Both the position numbers and the translations under genes were made by a program. From Candidatus Bathyarchaeota archaeon (GTDB lineage Archaea; Thermoproteota; Bathyarchaeia; Bathyarchaeales; Bathycorpusculaceae), in NCBI GenBank assembly GCA_963827165.1, contig CAWGZR010000005.1, positions 576,001 through 640,000 on the forward strand: a stretch of DNA of 64,000 bases, read 5' to 3'. Below the pieces are notes generated by a model that was given only the letters and a program-made list of their open reading frames with translations, did no database searches and had not been told where the DNA came from. Below are positions 38,843-48,833 of this stretch, one piece after another (positions within the stretch are counted from its first letter, which is position 1; every line of letters begins with the position of its first letter).

Positions 38843-41142
38843 GCTAGCACCAATTTCTTTGCTAGGACTCTTTCAAACAAATCTTTCTTCTTATTAAAAG
38901 CCTGTTGCTCTAAGATCGATTCAGTCTCACACATGCATTGGACTGCTATTTTTTTGGTGCCTATTTTGAAGTTTAGAGCTTTCACATTTGATTGATGTGT
39001 GTAATCTAAACTGTCGGCGACGCGGAGCAAACCTGCTAAAATCTTTATAGTTTTTACTGTGCGGCGGTCTAACGATTTGAGGTTGTAGTGTTTCTGTTTA
39101 GGCAACCCTTTTCTGTGATAACGTGCGATGCTTGCTACAATACGCCTTTCCGTTGATGTGAACGGCAAAAGGGTATCGTTGAGTATAATTTTTGCTGTTT
39201 CTTTATGGTGTCCTCCTCTGCCTTTAGACAAGCCGACGTCATGCAGGATTGCGGCGTATTCGAGCCAGTGTTTCTCTCGCTCGCCCAGCTTATGGACACT
39301 GATTGTCCCGTCAAAAAACTGCAAAGAAAGCATATTTACCTGAAGATAATGTTCAGAATCGCCCCAATGCGTCTTCGCAAATTCCTGGCAAGACCTGAGT
39401 GTTAATTTGTTGTTTTTCAACGCCATTTTTTCTCTTTTTGCATCTTCTTTATTTATTGATTCGAGAGGAACACCTTGAAGAAGCATCTGCGCGAAACTTT
39501 CCGGTAAAGATTTTTTCCTAAGAGCGTCAGCGACTTCTTTCACATCGTAATCTAGCCGAATCATCTCAACATTGAATGGATCAAACTCCATTATAGCGTA
39601 AGCTGCCTGTGGGTTTCCATCGCCTGGTCTTCCCACGCTTCCAGGATTGACAAATAAGGTTCCGTTCACCTTACGCCTAAGTTGTTCATGAGAATGCCCT
39701 ATGACTATTAAATCAGCCTTTGCAGTTTCAGCGAGGTTGCTTAACCGCTCAATTGGGGCGTCATTGTAAATGTGCTCATCAATAGATTCAGGGCTTCCAT
39801 GAGTTACCAGCATTTTTTTTCCTGCAATTTCAAACCTGAGTTGACGTGGAAGCGAGCGAAGATACTCTTCATGGGAGCTGGTTAACTCTTTTCTCGCAAA
39901 TTTCAAAGCGAGGTTCTTTTCGCCTTTTTCTTTAGCTTTGCCCTCAATAACTTCAAGGTCAAAGTTTCCCAAAATGCTTGACACACTTTGTTCGCAAAGA
40001 AGCTCGATCACTTCGTTTGGGTAAGGTCCAAACCCAATCGAGTCACCTGCGTTGACAAAGACATCTATGCCTCTTTCTTTGGCATCTTGCAACACTTTTT
40101 CTAAAGCTTGCAGATTCGCATGAACATCGGATATTAAAGCAACTTTAACCTTGCGGTTTGTAAGTCCCAAATCAATTTTTGCCTCTATTTTCTTTAATTC
40201 AATTGTATTTTTAAAGTGTTCAAAAAAAGCCTCTTTCTGACTTTTATCCCATAACTGAACGAATTGACTATACTTTTCTTTTCTTTTTTGTTTTATGTAA
40301 TTTGTGAAAGTTGAAAGCTCCAATTCAACTTTTTTTCGCTCCACTTTTTTGTTTTTCTCAGGCTGCGTTGTAGATGTTACTTCTTCTATGAATTTGGGGA
40401 GGAGGTAGTCGATCCAGACGTCACACTCGTGCATTTCGCCAAGCACGTCTTGAAAAGCTTTCAATCTTTCTATTTCCGTAGTTAACTTGTTAGTGTAGAG
40501 CGGAGTGAAATGCTCCATTGTATAGCGAAGTTTCTTAGCACATATCCTCATTTCATGGTGCTTTAGGACCTCATTTTCCCGGTACACGTATTTTTCCATC
40601 GCCAGGAAATCGTCTATTCTGGAGGATATGAGCCAATGCGCTTTTTCCAGCACTATGTCTGGGTCAAAATTTTCACCAGTTTGCTCGCTGACTTGGTTGC
40701 AAAAACTGCGAATATCGCGAAGGACGCAGGTTCCCGTTAGCCTTTCCAAACCATCAACAACTGTCGATTGAAGGGCTTTTCTTTGCTCTTTGTGATGTTT
40801 AATAAGTAAGTCAAGACCCACCTTCTTAGTCGCAGGCTTTAGGCTTCCTAAGTACTGCTCTATTGACGCGATTTGAACATCAAGGTCTCTGGCGCTGGAA
40901 AGGAGGCGAGTTACTTTTTTTATTTCACGTCGCCATTTTCTGAATTCTTTTTTTGGAAAGCATGGCTTGAAAAGAGGAAGCGCTGCCCTGATTCTGCGGG
41001 AGGCAACACGCATCTTATGGACATATTCTATATCCCTGTTTTCTAGTACACCATCAATTTGGCTCTCAAAAGCATCGAGTTGCTTAAGCATTGTTTCGCA
41101 GCCGAATTTGCAGTAACTTGAGTCATCATTCTTCGTCAGCAT
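38809..41142 (-). CDS. CHAD + metallophosphoesterase + HD fusion, paralog 2
   Basis: Same three motif sets as 32874..35339 (VHKMRVASRR, ISDVHAN/GNFD/GHSH, AAILHDVG); lies between ppk1 and ppx. Confidence 0.88.
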   Translation of the reverse strand: MLTKNDDSSYCKFGCETMLKQLDAFESQIDGVLENRDIEYVHKMRVASRRIRAALPLFKPCFPKKEFRKWRREIKKVTRLLSSARDLDVQIASIEQYLGSLKPATKKVGLDLLIKHHKEQRKALQSTVVDGLERLTGTCVLRDIRSFCNQVSEQTGENFDPDIVLEKAHWLISSRIDDFLAMEKYVYRENEVLKHHEMRICAKKLRYTMEHFTPLYTNKLTTEIERLKAFQDVLGEMHECDVWIDYLLPKFIEEVTSTTQPEKNKKVERKKVELELSTFTNYIKQKRKEKYSQFVQLWDKSQKEAFFEHFKNTIELKKIEAKIDLGLTNRKVKVALISDVHANLQALEKVLQDAKERGIDVFVNAGDSIGFGPYPNEVIELLCEQSVSSILGNFDLEVIEGKAKEKGEKNLALKFARKELTSSHEEYLRSLPRQLRFEIAGKKMLVTHGSPESIDEHIYNDAPIERLSNLAETAKADLIVIGHSHEQLRRKVNGTLFVNPGSVGRPGDGNPQAAYAIMEFDPFNVEMIRLDYDVKEVADALRKKSLPESFAQMLLQGVPLESINKEDAKREKMALKNNKLTLRSCQEFAKTHWGDSEHYLQVNMLSLQFFDGTISVHKLGEREKHWLEYAAILHDVGLSKGRGGHHKETAKIILNDTLLPFTSTERRIVASIARYHRKGLPKQKHYNLKSLDRRTVKTIKILAGLLRVADSLDYTHQSNVKALNFKIGTKKIAVQCMCETESILEQQAFNKKKDLFERVLAKKLVLAWKKQEKTPSR

Positions 41143-41143
41143 G

Positions 41144-43273
41144 TCAACCGGGCCGTTTATTCCAGATGCCTCTGTTCTTAATGAGCCAGGCTTGAGAGTC
41201 GATGACTTCTTCTCCCTGTTTGGGCATCACTCTTTGGTAAGTTCCATCGGTTAGCAGTCTTCGTGCTTTGACGTTGTCGCAGAGGGAGATTTTGAGCATG
41301 TTTTCAAAGACAGCACACCGAATATTTGAGTCTGGAACTGGTAGTAGGACTTCGATTCTCTCGTTTAGGTTTCTGAACATCATATCTGAACTGCCGATTA
41401 AAACATCATCTTCGGCTTCCCCGCGGAAGTAATAGATACGTGCATGTTCGAGGAAGCGTCCAACAATGGATATCACCGAAATGTTCTCGCTTACTCCTTG
41501 AATTCCTGGCCTCAAGCAGCAAAGACCCCGCACGTTTAAGTCAACTTTAATTCCAGCTATCGACGCCCTGTACAGAGCTTGAATAATTTCTGTCTCTTCT
41601 AGATTGTTCAGTTTAAAAGCTAGGTATCCTTTTCCGGTTTTTTGGTGGAAACTGATTTCTTTTTCTATCCGCTTCAAAATTTCTTTCTTGAGAGTTTTTG
41701 GTGCTACAAGCAGATGTTGGAAATCTATTTCCTGGAGACCGTTTACGATAATGTTGAAAAGGTCGTTGAGTTCAGCGCCTATTTCTGGATTCGACGTTAA
41801 GTAACCGATGTCTGCATAGATTCTTGCGGTCACAGAGTTATAGTTGCCTGATCCAATGTGAGAGTACCTGACAATTTTGCCGTTTTCATTTTTGACGATC
41901 ATGCATAGTTTTGCATGGACTTTAAAATTGGGAAAATTATAAACTGTGTTTATTCCGCCTTGCCGCAGTTTTGAAACAAGGCGTATATTGTTTTCTTCGT
42001 CAAATTTAGCTTTGAGCTCTATTATCGCCGTCACTTTTTTGCCTTTTTCTGCCGCTTCTATCAAAGCGTCAACAATTGGTGAGTTGTGGTCCATTCTGTA
42101 CATTGTCATGCAGATTTCCAAAACAGTGCTATCGCCAGATGCTTCCTTTAGCAAATTAACAATTACGTCAAAGCTATCATACGGATGATACAAAACAAAG
42201 TCTTGTTTGTCTAGGCTTGCGAACGTATCCTTGTCGGGGCTTAAGAGGGGCGAGATGCTTGGAATGAAAGTTTTGTCTTTGAGGTCGGGGCGATTAATCT
42301 TTAGCATTTGCCAAAGATCCACAAGTCCAAGTGGCCCATCGAACTCATACGTTAGATAATCTGGCAAGCCCAAAGATGTTGCAATCCTTTCTTTAATGGT
42401 GGCAGGGACTTTCCTTTCAAATTCGAGCCTGCTTGGGAACCCCACTTTTCTTGTCGTTAGGCTCTTCTTAACGGAATAGAGGAAGTCTGCTGATTCATCC
42501 ATCAAGATTGCTATTTCGCCATTCCTCGTTAATCTAAACTGGTACGCGGCGACGTCTTTCTCGTTTGGGAAAATCAGGTCTAAATTATTTGCAATCAAAT
42601 CTTCAACAAAGACGTAGTTGTACTCGACTTCTTGGCTAATCACGCTTTTTGGGATTCTTATTAGCCTTCCGAACTCTTCAGTCGGGATATCGACTAAGCG
42701 CTCCGAATCTTTTTTGGCAAAACCCGATACATAAAGCGTTACATGAAGGTTTTCAATCGATGCATTATCGATGCCTTCCCTTGTTTTCACTAACGGAAGA
42801 ATAGAATTTTTAAAGAAATTTCGTAAATTTTCCTTATCTCTCAAATCTAATTCATTGAATTTCCAAATGAATATCTTCTGTTTTGCTAACCCCGGTAGAA
42901 TGTCATCTCTCCAGCAAACACCATGCTGCTCGATCAAAGGCAAAATTTCTTTTCTTGTCGCTTCAATCTGCTCGGCAGCTGTCATTCCATCCATCGATCT
43001 TTCTTCAGATCCAGCCTTGATCTTTTTCATGAGACGCGGGATCCGAGTCATGAAGAACTCGTCAAGGTTGCTTCCACAAATAGCCATGAATTTGACCCTT
43101 TCCAGCAAGGGGTGCCTTAGGTCTTGTGCTTCCTCAAGAACGCGCACATTAAACCTCACCCAACTGAGTTCTCTGTTAATAAAGTAGGCTGGGTTATCCA
43201 GAAGTTTTTTCTGGGTTGGAGCTGTTTTCGGGTCTGGATCAGCGTTTGAAGTTGATAAGGATTCTTTTGACAT
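41144..43273 (-). CDS. ppk1: Polyphosphate kinase 1
   Basis: NRELSW, NLDEFFM.R, HPYDSF, ELKAKFDEENN, KVHAK, HIGSGNYN, GRFLEH, SSDMM.RNL..RIE. Confidence 0.96.
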   Translation of the reverse strand: MSKESLSTSNADPDPKTAPTQKKLLDNPAYFINRELSWVRFNVRVLEEAQDLRHPLLERVKFMAICGSNLDEFFMTRIPRLMKKIKAGSEERSMDGMTAAEQIEATRKEILPLIEQHGVCWRDDILPGLAKQKIFIWKFNELDLRDKENLRNFFKNSILPLVKTREGIDNASIENLHVTLYVSGFAKKDSERLVDIPTEEFGRLIRIPKSVISQEVEYNYVFVEDLIANNLDLIFPNEKDVAAYQFRLTRNGEIAILMDESADFLYSVKKSLTTRKVGFPSRLEFERKVPATIKERIATSLGLPDYLTYEFDGPLGLVDLWQMLKINRPDLKDKTFIPSISPLLSPDKDTFASLDKQDFVLYHPYDSFDVIVNLLKEASGDSTVLEICMTMYRMDHNSPIVDALIEAAEKGKKVTAIIELKAKFDEENNIRLVSKLRQGGINTVYNFPNFKVHAKLCMIVKNENGKIVRYSHIGSGNYNSVTARIYADIGYLTSNPEIGAELNDLFNIIVNGLQEIDFQHLLVAPKTLKKEILKRIEKEISFHQKTGKGYLAFKLNNLEETEIIQALYRASIAGIKVDLNVRGLCCLRPGIQGVSENISVISIVGRFLEHARIYYFRGEAEDDVLIGSSDMMFRNLNERIEVLLPVPDSNIRCAVFENMLKISLCDNVKARRLLTDGTYQRVMPKQGEEVIDSQAWLIKNRGIWNKRPG

Positions 43274-43328
43274 GTTTCAACAGTTGCTTTTTCAATTATT
43301 TACTAGAACTATTGGAATTTGCACCTTA

Positions 43329-43484
43329 TCAACTAATCTGAACAGGTTGTTTTTCTCCGGCGTTACAGTTTCCGTGTTCAGCGATCCAGCTTCCTATGCA
43401 GATCCTTAATTTCTGCGCATTTTGCTCGGCGAACTCTAAATGTTTCAAATTCGAAAAGAGGAATCTCTTTGTGCACCTGAACAC
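43329..43484 (-). CDS. Possible 51-aa small protein upstream of ppk1
   Basis: GTG start preceded by GGAG; MFRCTKRFLFSNLKHLEF...; no recognised motif. Confidence 0.3.
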   Translation of the reverse strand: MFRCTKRFLFSNLKHLEFAEQNAQKLRICIGSWIAEHGNCNAGEKQPVQIS

Positions 43485-43607
43485 TCTCCGTGCTCCTAAT
43501 AAAAGTGAAAAGTTGCGATTAAGGACTCCGAAAATAGACTATATATGAATATATAAAATATATAATGAGGGTTAAAATTTAATCCGCGTCGAATCTCTAA
43601 ATCTTTC

Positions 43608-44150
43608 CTAATTTTCGATCTTGCCTTGGTTTCTTGAATAGTGCTTAATTAATTCCGTGGTGGACCATGGCAGGCAGTCCTCTTCTCTAAACCCTAAAAT
43701 GGCCGCATACTTGTGGATTAGACCGACGTTTTCAGCTTCTATCTCCATAAACTCGGGGATATATGCATAGCTGCCGAAGTAGCGGTCGATGTCAAAACGT
43801 ACTTTATCAAGCCTGTAGCTGACTCGGTGCTTCTCCATGCATTCAAAAATTGATAAACCCAGATTTTCCAGAATTTTCCTCATAGTCTCCAGCTCTGAAA
43901 CTTCAACCGAGTACTCATCAGCCGTCTTAGCCGTTTGAGTAAAGCGAACTTTCTTGTACGTCAATTCAATCTTATCCTGTTCTTTTCTTAGGCGCAAGAC
44001 GTCTTTTGCTTTAATTATTGTGCCGTCTTTGAAGTCAAAAAACAATGTTTGAATGTTGCCATCAAAAATCTTGCTCGCGCCAAGTTCGATAATTTTGTGC
44101 TCGATTTTTTTTCGGTCGATTTCCAGAATTTTGGCTTCTATTTCTTTCAT
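43608..44150 (-). CDS. CYTH (triphosphate tunnel) domain protein
   Basis: N-terminal EIEAK (ExExK), LRLRK, LTYKK, EKHR, EIEA. Confidence 0.9.
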   Translation of the reverse strand: MKEIEAKILEIDRKKIEHKIIELGASKIFDGNIQTLFFDFKDGTIIKAKDVLRLRKEQDKIELTYKKVRFTQTAKTADEYSVEVSELETMRKILENLGLSIFECMEKHRVSYRLDKVRFDIDRYFGSYAYIPEFMEIEAENVGLIHKYAAILGFREEDCLPWSTTELIKHYSRNQGKIEN

Positions 44151-44242
44151 AAAACCCAAATGAGTTTAGGTGAGCTATAAACATGCTTGCCGCTTGAATG
44201 GACCGGTTTTTCGAACAAAACAGTTTAAGAAAAGGGTGTGGT

Positions 44243-44632
44243 TTAGGCGAATTGAATTGTTTTCACAATGACGTGGCTTGTTTTTTTTATGACTTGATGG
44301 TCCAGTCCGCAAATCGGGCAGAAGACTACTTCAAAGTTTGAAAAGTTCTCAGGATGAAGATCAAATTTGTTGTCGCAGCCTACACATTTCACTTTCAAGT
44401 TTTTCACCTCAATTCCTTCTCCACATGACGAAACGATTTCATCATGGAGATCCGAATTTCCCGGGTCAAGATCAAAAGGCTCAAGCAGCAACATCTGATT
44501 TTTCCGAACAGTCATCAATGAGATTCCGCAGATTGGGCAGGGCACGTACTGAAACTCGCCAACAAGGTCAAACTGGAATGTTTGCTTGCATTTGGGGCAC
44601 GTAAAAGTTACTGAACTATCGAGGCTTTGCAT
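44243..44632 (-). CDS. Tandem LysW-like zinc-ribbon protein
   Basis: Two units of CxxC-N~14-E..V.CPICG. Confidence 0.65.
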   Translation of the reverse strand: MQSLDSSVTFTCPKCKQTFQFDLVGEFQYVPCPICGISLMTVRKNQMLLLEPFDLDPGNSDLHDEIVSSCGEGIEVKNLKVKCVGCDNKFDLHPENFSNFEVVFCPICGLDHQVIKKTSHVIVKTIQFA

Positions 44633-44806
44633 CTTTGGTTCCCAACCATTACTTGAGCCTTCGCCAAACTTAAGAAATATCTTAGTAGATTCCAGTAACT
44701 ATATAGAAGAAGACGCTTTAACCTCAAAATAAACAACGTGATTGCGACAGCTAATATAATTTCTGCAAATTGGAAATTAGTTTAGGCGCTTACTATTCTT
44801 TGGCTT

Positions 44807-44914
44807 TTATCGTGTCTTGCCGCATTTAAGGCATCTGTTTGTGCCATCCGGCTCAGCCTTAAACCATCTGCCACCGCATTCGCAAGGAGCTTCACGCATC
44901 GTACAGGTACTCAT
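44807..44914 (-). CDS. Small zinc-finger protein (35 aa)
   Basis: MSTCTMREAPCECGGRWFKAEPDGTNRCLKCGKTR; below the ORF-track cutoff. Confidence 0.55.
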   Translation of the reverse strand: MSTCTMREAPCECGGRWFKAEPDGTNRCLKCGKTR

Positions 44915-45306
44915 ATTTCTCTTCTGATTTAGATTCAATTAAATAAAGTCTTATTGCATAGACTAACAACAAGATTATTGTCTATATAGGATTCTTTCCT
45001 GTAGCGGTTCTGTGAGAATGTAAATGTGAAAGCCCCTTTCAATTTGGTATTCTTCAATTATGATTAATAAAGGGGGGCACCCGTGTTAACGATGGGTTAA
45101 ACAGGCCTGGCGTTCAATTTTATGGTTGATGCTGAAGATTAATTTTGGATTGTTGAACGGAACATCTCTTGCTGTAGTTGGAGTAGTCACTTGAAGTCTT
45201 TAGAGTTTAGGAAACCATGACTCCATCCTGCCGGCAAAACTGGAAGTTTAACTAATAAATTACGCCGCTCGCACTAAATGGATTCAAAAAAACTAATTAT
45301 CCACTG

Positions 45307-45384
45307 TTTTCTATAGTGGCAACTATCAAATACCTCCGTCGACTCATTTGAGCCTAGGAGAAAATGGAGAAGGCTGATGAGGGG
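45307..45384 (+). repeat. About 77-bp degenerate direct repeat (promoter-SD-start relic), copy 1
   Basis: TTTTCTA..GTGGCAA.TATCAAATA...GCC..GGAGAAA..GGAGAAG..GATGAGGG shared with 60964..61038. Confidence 0.7.
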
Positions 45385-45802
45385 AGGTTCCATTACATTA
45401 ACTTTATTTTTGCTCACGGTAATGGCGCTTTTCCTTCATCGCAAAATCTGAATATTTTCTTGTATTTTTTGATATGACAAAAATATAATGTTGACTTCAA
45501 CGGAAGGACTAAAGTGGCAAAACAAAGACCTTGCTGATTTCTGGCTTCTAATCCCTTGAAGAATAATTTTCTTACTGGCATAAAGAAAGCATTGCAGCTT
45601 CCGATGATTTTCTTGTTTCTATTGTTTCAATATAGTTGGGTATATTCTACGTAGATAATACAATTTAACCTAAACGTGAAAGTTCTCGGTATCTTGTGAG
45701 TGAGTGTGCGATGAAGGAGAAATCATCATTGGTACATAAACTTCTAGGCATGCGCGTTTTTACGGCGGTTTTGAAAATAATTCTCATGGCGATATTCCTA
45801 CA

Positions 45803-47066
45803 ATGAGTAAGCGCAAATTTTTTTGTTTGTTTACGTTGTCGTTTTAGTTTGCTCGCCTTTTTTGGGCTTGTTTTTTCAAACTGTCAAAGCCGATAACACC
45901 AATTTAATGTCCGTAACTGATGGTAACTGGTATGACGATATGCATTGGGCCAATGCTCCGTGTCCACAATATGGCGAGGTAATTAGCTCAACTAATACTT
46001 ATGATGGTTATGACAGTTGGCAATGCACACTTTCCCCTAAGCGGCGGGGGTGTTGATTGGTATGGCGGAAAAGCTGCAACTATTGCACCAGGAGACACAA
46101 TTTACTATAGTTTCTGGATAAAGACTTCAGCGCCTACGATTACCGCAGACATTGATAATCCTCAAGCCGGCGGAAGAATTGGAATAGATATCTATGGTTC
46201 AGGTGGAGATATTTGTGATTTCCACTCCAGACGGAGTTGTTACATGTAGCAACTATTTCGTCGACAAGACTATGTCAGGTTTGGAACAAATACTTGGACA
46301 CAAGTTGTTATGTCATTTACTGTGCCTTCAACTTACCCTATGAAAATCACAGGTCTCTCAACAAGCTGATCAAATGGGCAACAAGCTACACCGACTTTCT
46401 GTATCCCATGGGTTCAAGTATACAGTTGCACACAAGGCACAAAGAGAAGGGGTAGCCTGGTTTGCAGACCCAGTGTTTATGATTAATTCTTCTGGCTCAT
46501 CCGTTTCTGTTTCCCAGCCTGCAACTTCTCCAACCTCAAATATTATAGCTTCAAACATTGCCCTAGAGCCCTCATACACTGCGAATGGGCGGTCTTTTGT
46601 GGAATCAGGTTTTGCTTTGCCTATCAACGTAACCGTACAGAACAAAGAGGGCTTTTCTGAAGTTGCCATCGTTGAGTTGTTTGCGAATTCGACTTCAATA
46701 TATAGGGGCGCATTTAGCTTGAACAGTTTAGCATCTGGGATTTTAGAATGTTCAGTTGATACTTCAAGCTTGCCTATTGGGAACTATGCGATTACTGCGT
46801 CGGTTATTCCTTCCAATGACCCAAGCGCGGCCCCGAGCACTGTAACAGCCGGAAATGTTGGGATAACATATGCTGGCGACTTGAACGGCGGTTTCCAAAT
46901 TAACTTCATGGACCTCATAACCTTCGCTGCCGATTATACGGCTTGTTGCGCGCATGGTACCTATAATCCAGCAATTGACTTCAACCACGATGGAACAATA
47001 AACTTCTATGACATAACGCTGTTTACAAGTTGCTACACTTACTATTATTCGCAACCTCAAGAATAG
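45803..47066 (+). pseudogene. Secreted protein (carbohydrate-binding-like N-terminus, Ig/CARDB domain, dockerin) with several frameshifts
   Basis: Signal peptide MSKRKF..., fragments in successive frames, C-terminal GDLNGGFQINFMD...DFNHDGTINFYD. Confidence 0.75.
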
Positions 47067-47227
47067 CGTTGAGTAGCTCGACATCCGAAGCTTTCTTTTC
47101 CGTTTTCATTAATTAAAAACTTCAACAGCAGATGCGGGGAAAGTCCCATGACATGAATTCTGTTTCTTGTGATATTACTCGTGATTTTTCCTTATCTTTC
47201 ATCTAAATAGTTAGCGTTAACACCTTG

Positions 47228-47263
47228 TAGTGGACTGTTTTCTATGTCGAAAGATGTTTTATA
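47228..47263 (+). promoter_or_regulatory. Conserved promoter element (upstream box, BRE, TATA), copy 1
   Basis: TAGTGGACTGTTTTCTATGTCGAAAGATGTTTTATA; 33/36 identical to 54276..54311. Confidence 0.75.
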
Positions 47264-47302
47264 GTTCCTTTGCAGACGTGCGCATTAGGAGAAAGGCAAA
47301 AA

Positions 47303-48460
47303 ATGGAAAAAACAGGAAAGGTAATGGGAATTATAGTGGTAATGTTAATCGCGTTTTTTAGTGCGTCAGTCATTAATCTAGTCCATGCAGACACACAAAA
47401 CGTCGTAATCAACAACAGCATAATCGTAAACGACGGTTCAGGCGCAAATCTTCCGATGAACTTTGAAGTCGACGGAGTACAAACTGACGTTACATCGTTT
47501 AATTGGGTGGTTGGAAACACTTACATCATAACTCAGCTTGTAACAACATTTAATGATCAGTTCCAATTAGTCCCGAATGGCTTTAATTATGGAGAATATG
47601 GAGCTGACTTCTCAGCCGGCGACACTCTTTCATACACAGTTACCTCGGACCAATATCAGTCAATTTCGTTTACTCCAGACGTCATGGTAGGTGTCTATGT
47701 AGTTACTAACGGCGTAGGTTCAGTCAGTCCTTCTGGTTTTCAATGGGTGGACTTAGGTGCAAACGCTGACAATGGCAATCAAGTGCAAATTACTGCAACT
47801 CCAACAAGTCAAAATCAAGTCTTTGAAGGGTGGACAATAACGGATGTTAATGGAGCTGGAAACACTTTAGACGACTCGAGCGCGATCAGCACAGTTGCGA
47901 ACATATGGGATTACGCCACAATTACAGCCCAATTCAGTGAACAGATAATTCAATCGACTCCAGTGCAAATATCGAACGTACAGGTTCCAACTGTTGCCAC
48001 TCAAACGGACTTCACAATACCCGTAAGCGTAACAGTCACAAATCCAGACGCCGCGCCTGAAACAGCAAATATCCAAGTATCGATGGGTTCCACGTCAGTA
48101 TTTAGCACCACTGTTACCCTAAATGCTCAGCAAACAGAAACCGTGCCCTGCGACTTCAGCACAAACGGGTTAGCCATCGGGAGCTACACTTATACGGTTA
48201 CAGTAACCACTACGAGCATGACAGGAGCACCAACATCAACAACCACTGGACAAACCGGAATTACATACTTAGGCGACCTCACTGGGGCATTCACCGTAAA
48301 CTTCAACGATATCATTACCTTTGCCAGCGAATACATTGCCTTTAACACCAATGGAGTCTGTAACCCAGCGATTGACTACAACCACGACGGAACAATCAAC
48401 TTTTACGATATTGTCCAATTCGTAGCTATCTATCAAAACTACGCACAACTGAATACTTAA
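47303..48460 (+). CDS. Secreted protein: beta-rich N-terminus, InlB-B-like repeat, Ig/CARDB domain, dockerin
   Basis: Signal peptide; QITATP..VFEGW; C-terminal GDLTGAFTVNFND...DYNHDGTINFYD. Confidence 0.85.
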   Translation: MEKTGKVMGIIVVMLIAFFSASVINLVHADTQNVVINNSIIVNDGSGANLPMNFEVDGVQTDVTSFNWVVGNTYIITQLVTTFNDQFQLVPNGFNYGEYGADFSAGDTLSYTVTSDQYQSISFTPDVMVGVYVVTNGVGSVSPSGFQWVDLGANADNGNQVQITATPTSQNQVFEGWTITDVNGAGNTLDDSSAISTVANIWDYATITAQFSEQIIQSTPVQISNVQVPTVATQTDFTIPVSVTVTNPDAAPETANIQVSMGSTSVFSTTVTLNAQQTETVPCDFSTNGLAIGSYTYTVTVTTTSMTGAPTSTTTGQTGITYLGDLTGAFTVNFNDIITFASEYIAFNTNGVCNPAIDYNHDGTINFYDIVQFVAIYQNYAQLNT

Positions 48461-48833
48461 TAGCTCAAATCTTGAGCTCTTTTTTCTTTTTTTTTCACTC
48501 CAAAAAAGTTAAAACTTTGTAAGATCCAAAAATAAAATTGAAACCGAACTGTGAAATGAAGTTGGTTGAGCTCTCGATATTACGCATAAAGAAAGCAAGG
48601 GTTAAGCTCAAGGCAAAGTTTTAGTAGAGTTCAAATAAACAGAAGAGGGGCAACTTCTTAAAGTATGCAAAGAGTTGGAAAAATTTTCCGATATTATGAA
48701 TACTTAGAGAGATAAGAGAAAAATCATAATCTATAGAGACTATTTTTAAAAGGAAAAACCACACGATAGCTATGCACCATAGAAAAGAAGAAATGCTTGG
48801 AGAAAACACGAAACGAAAGACATCACTAAATCA

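Noticed and set aside
43608-44150. Class IV adenylate cyclase cyaB
   Set aside because: The CYTH fold alone does not imply cyclase activity; polyP context favours a triphosphatase
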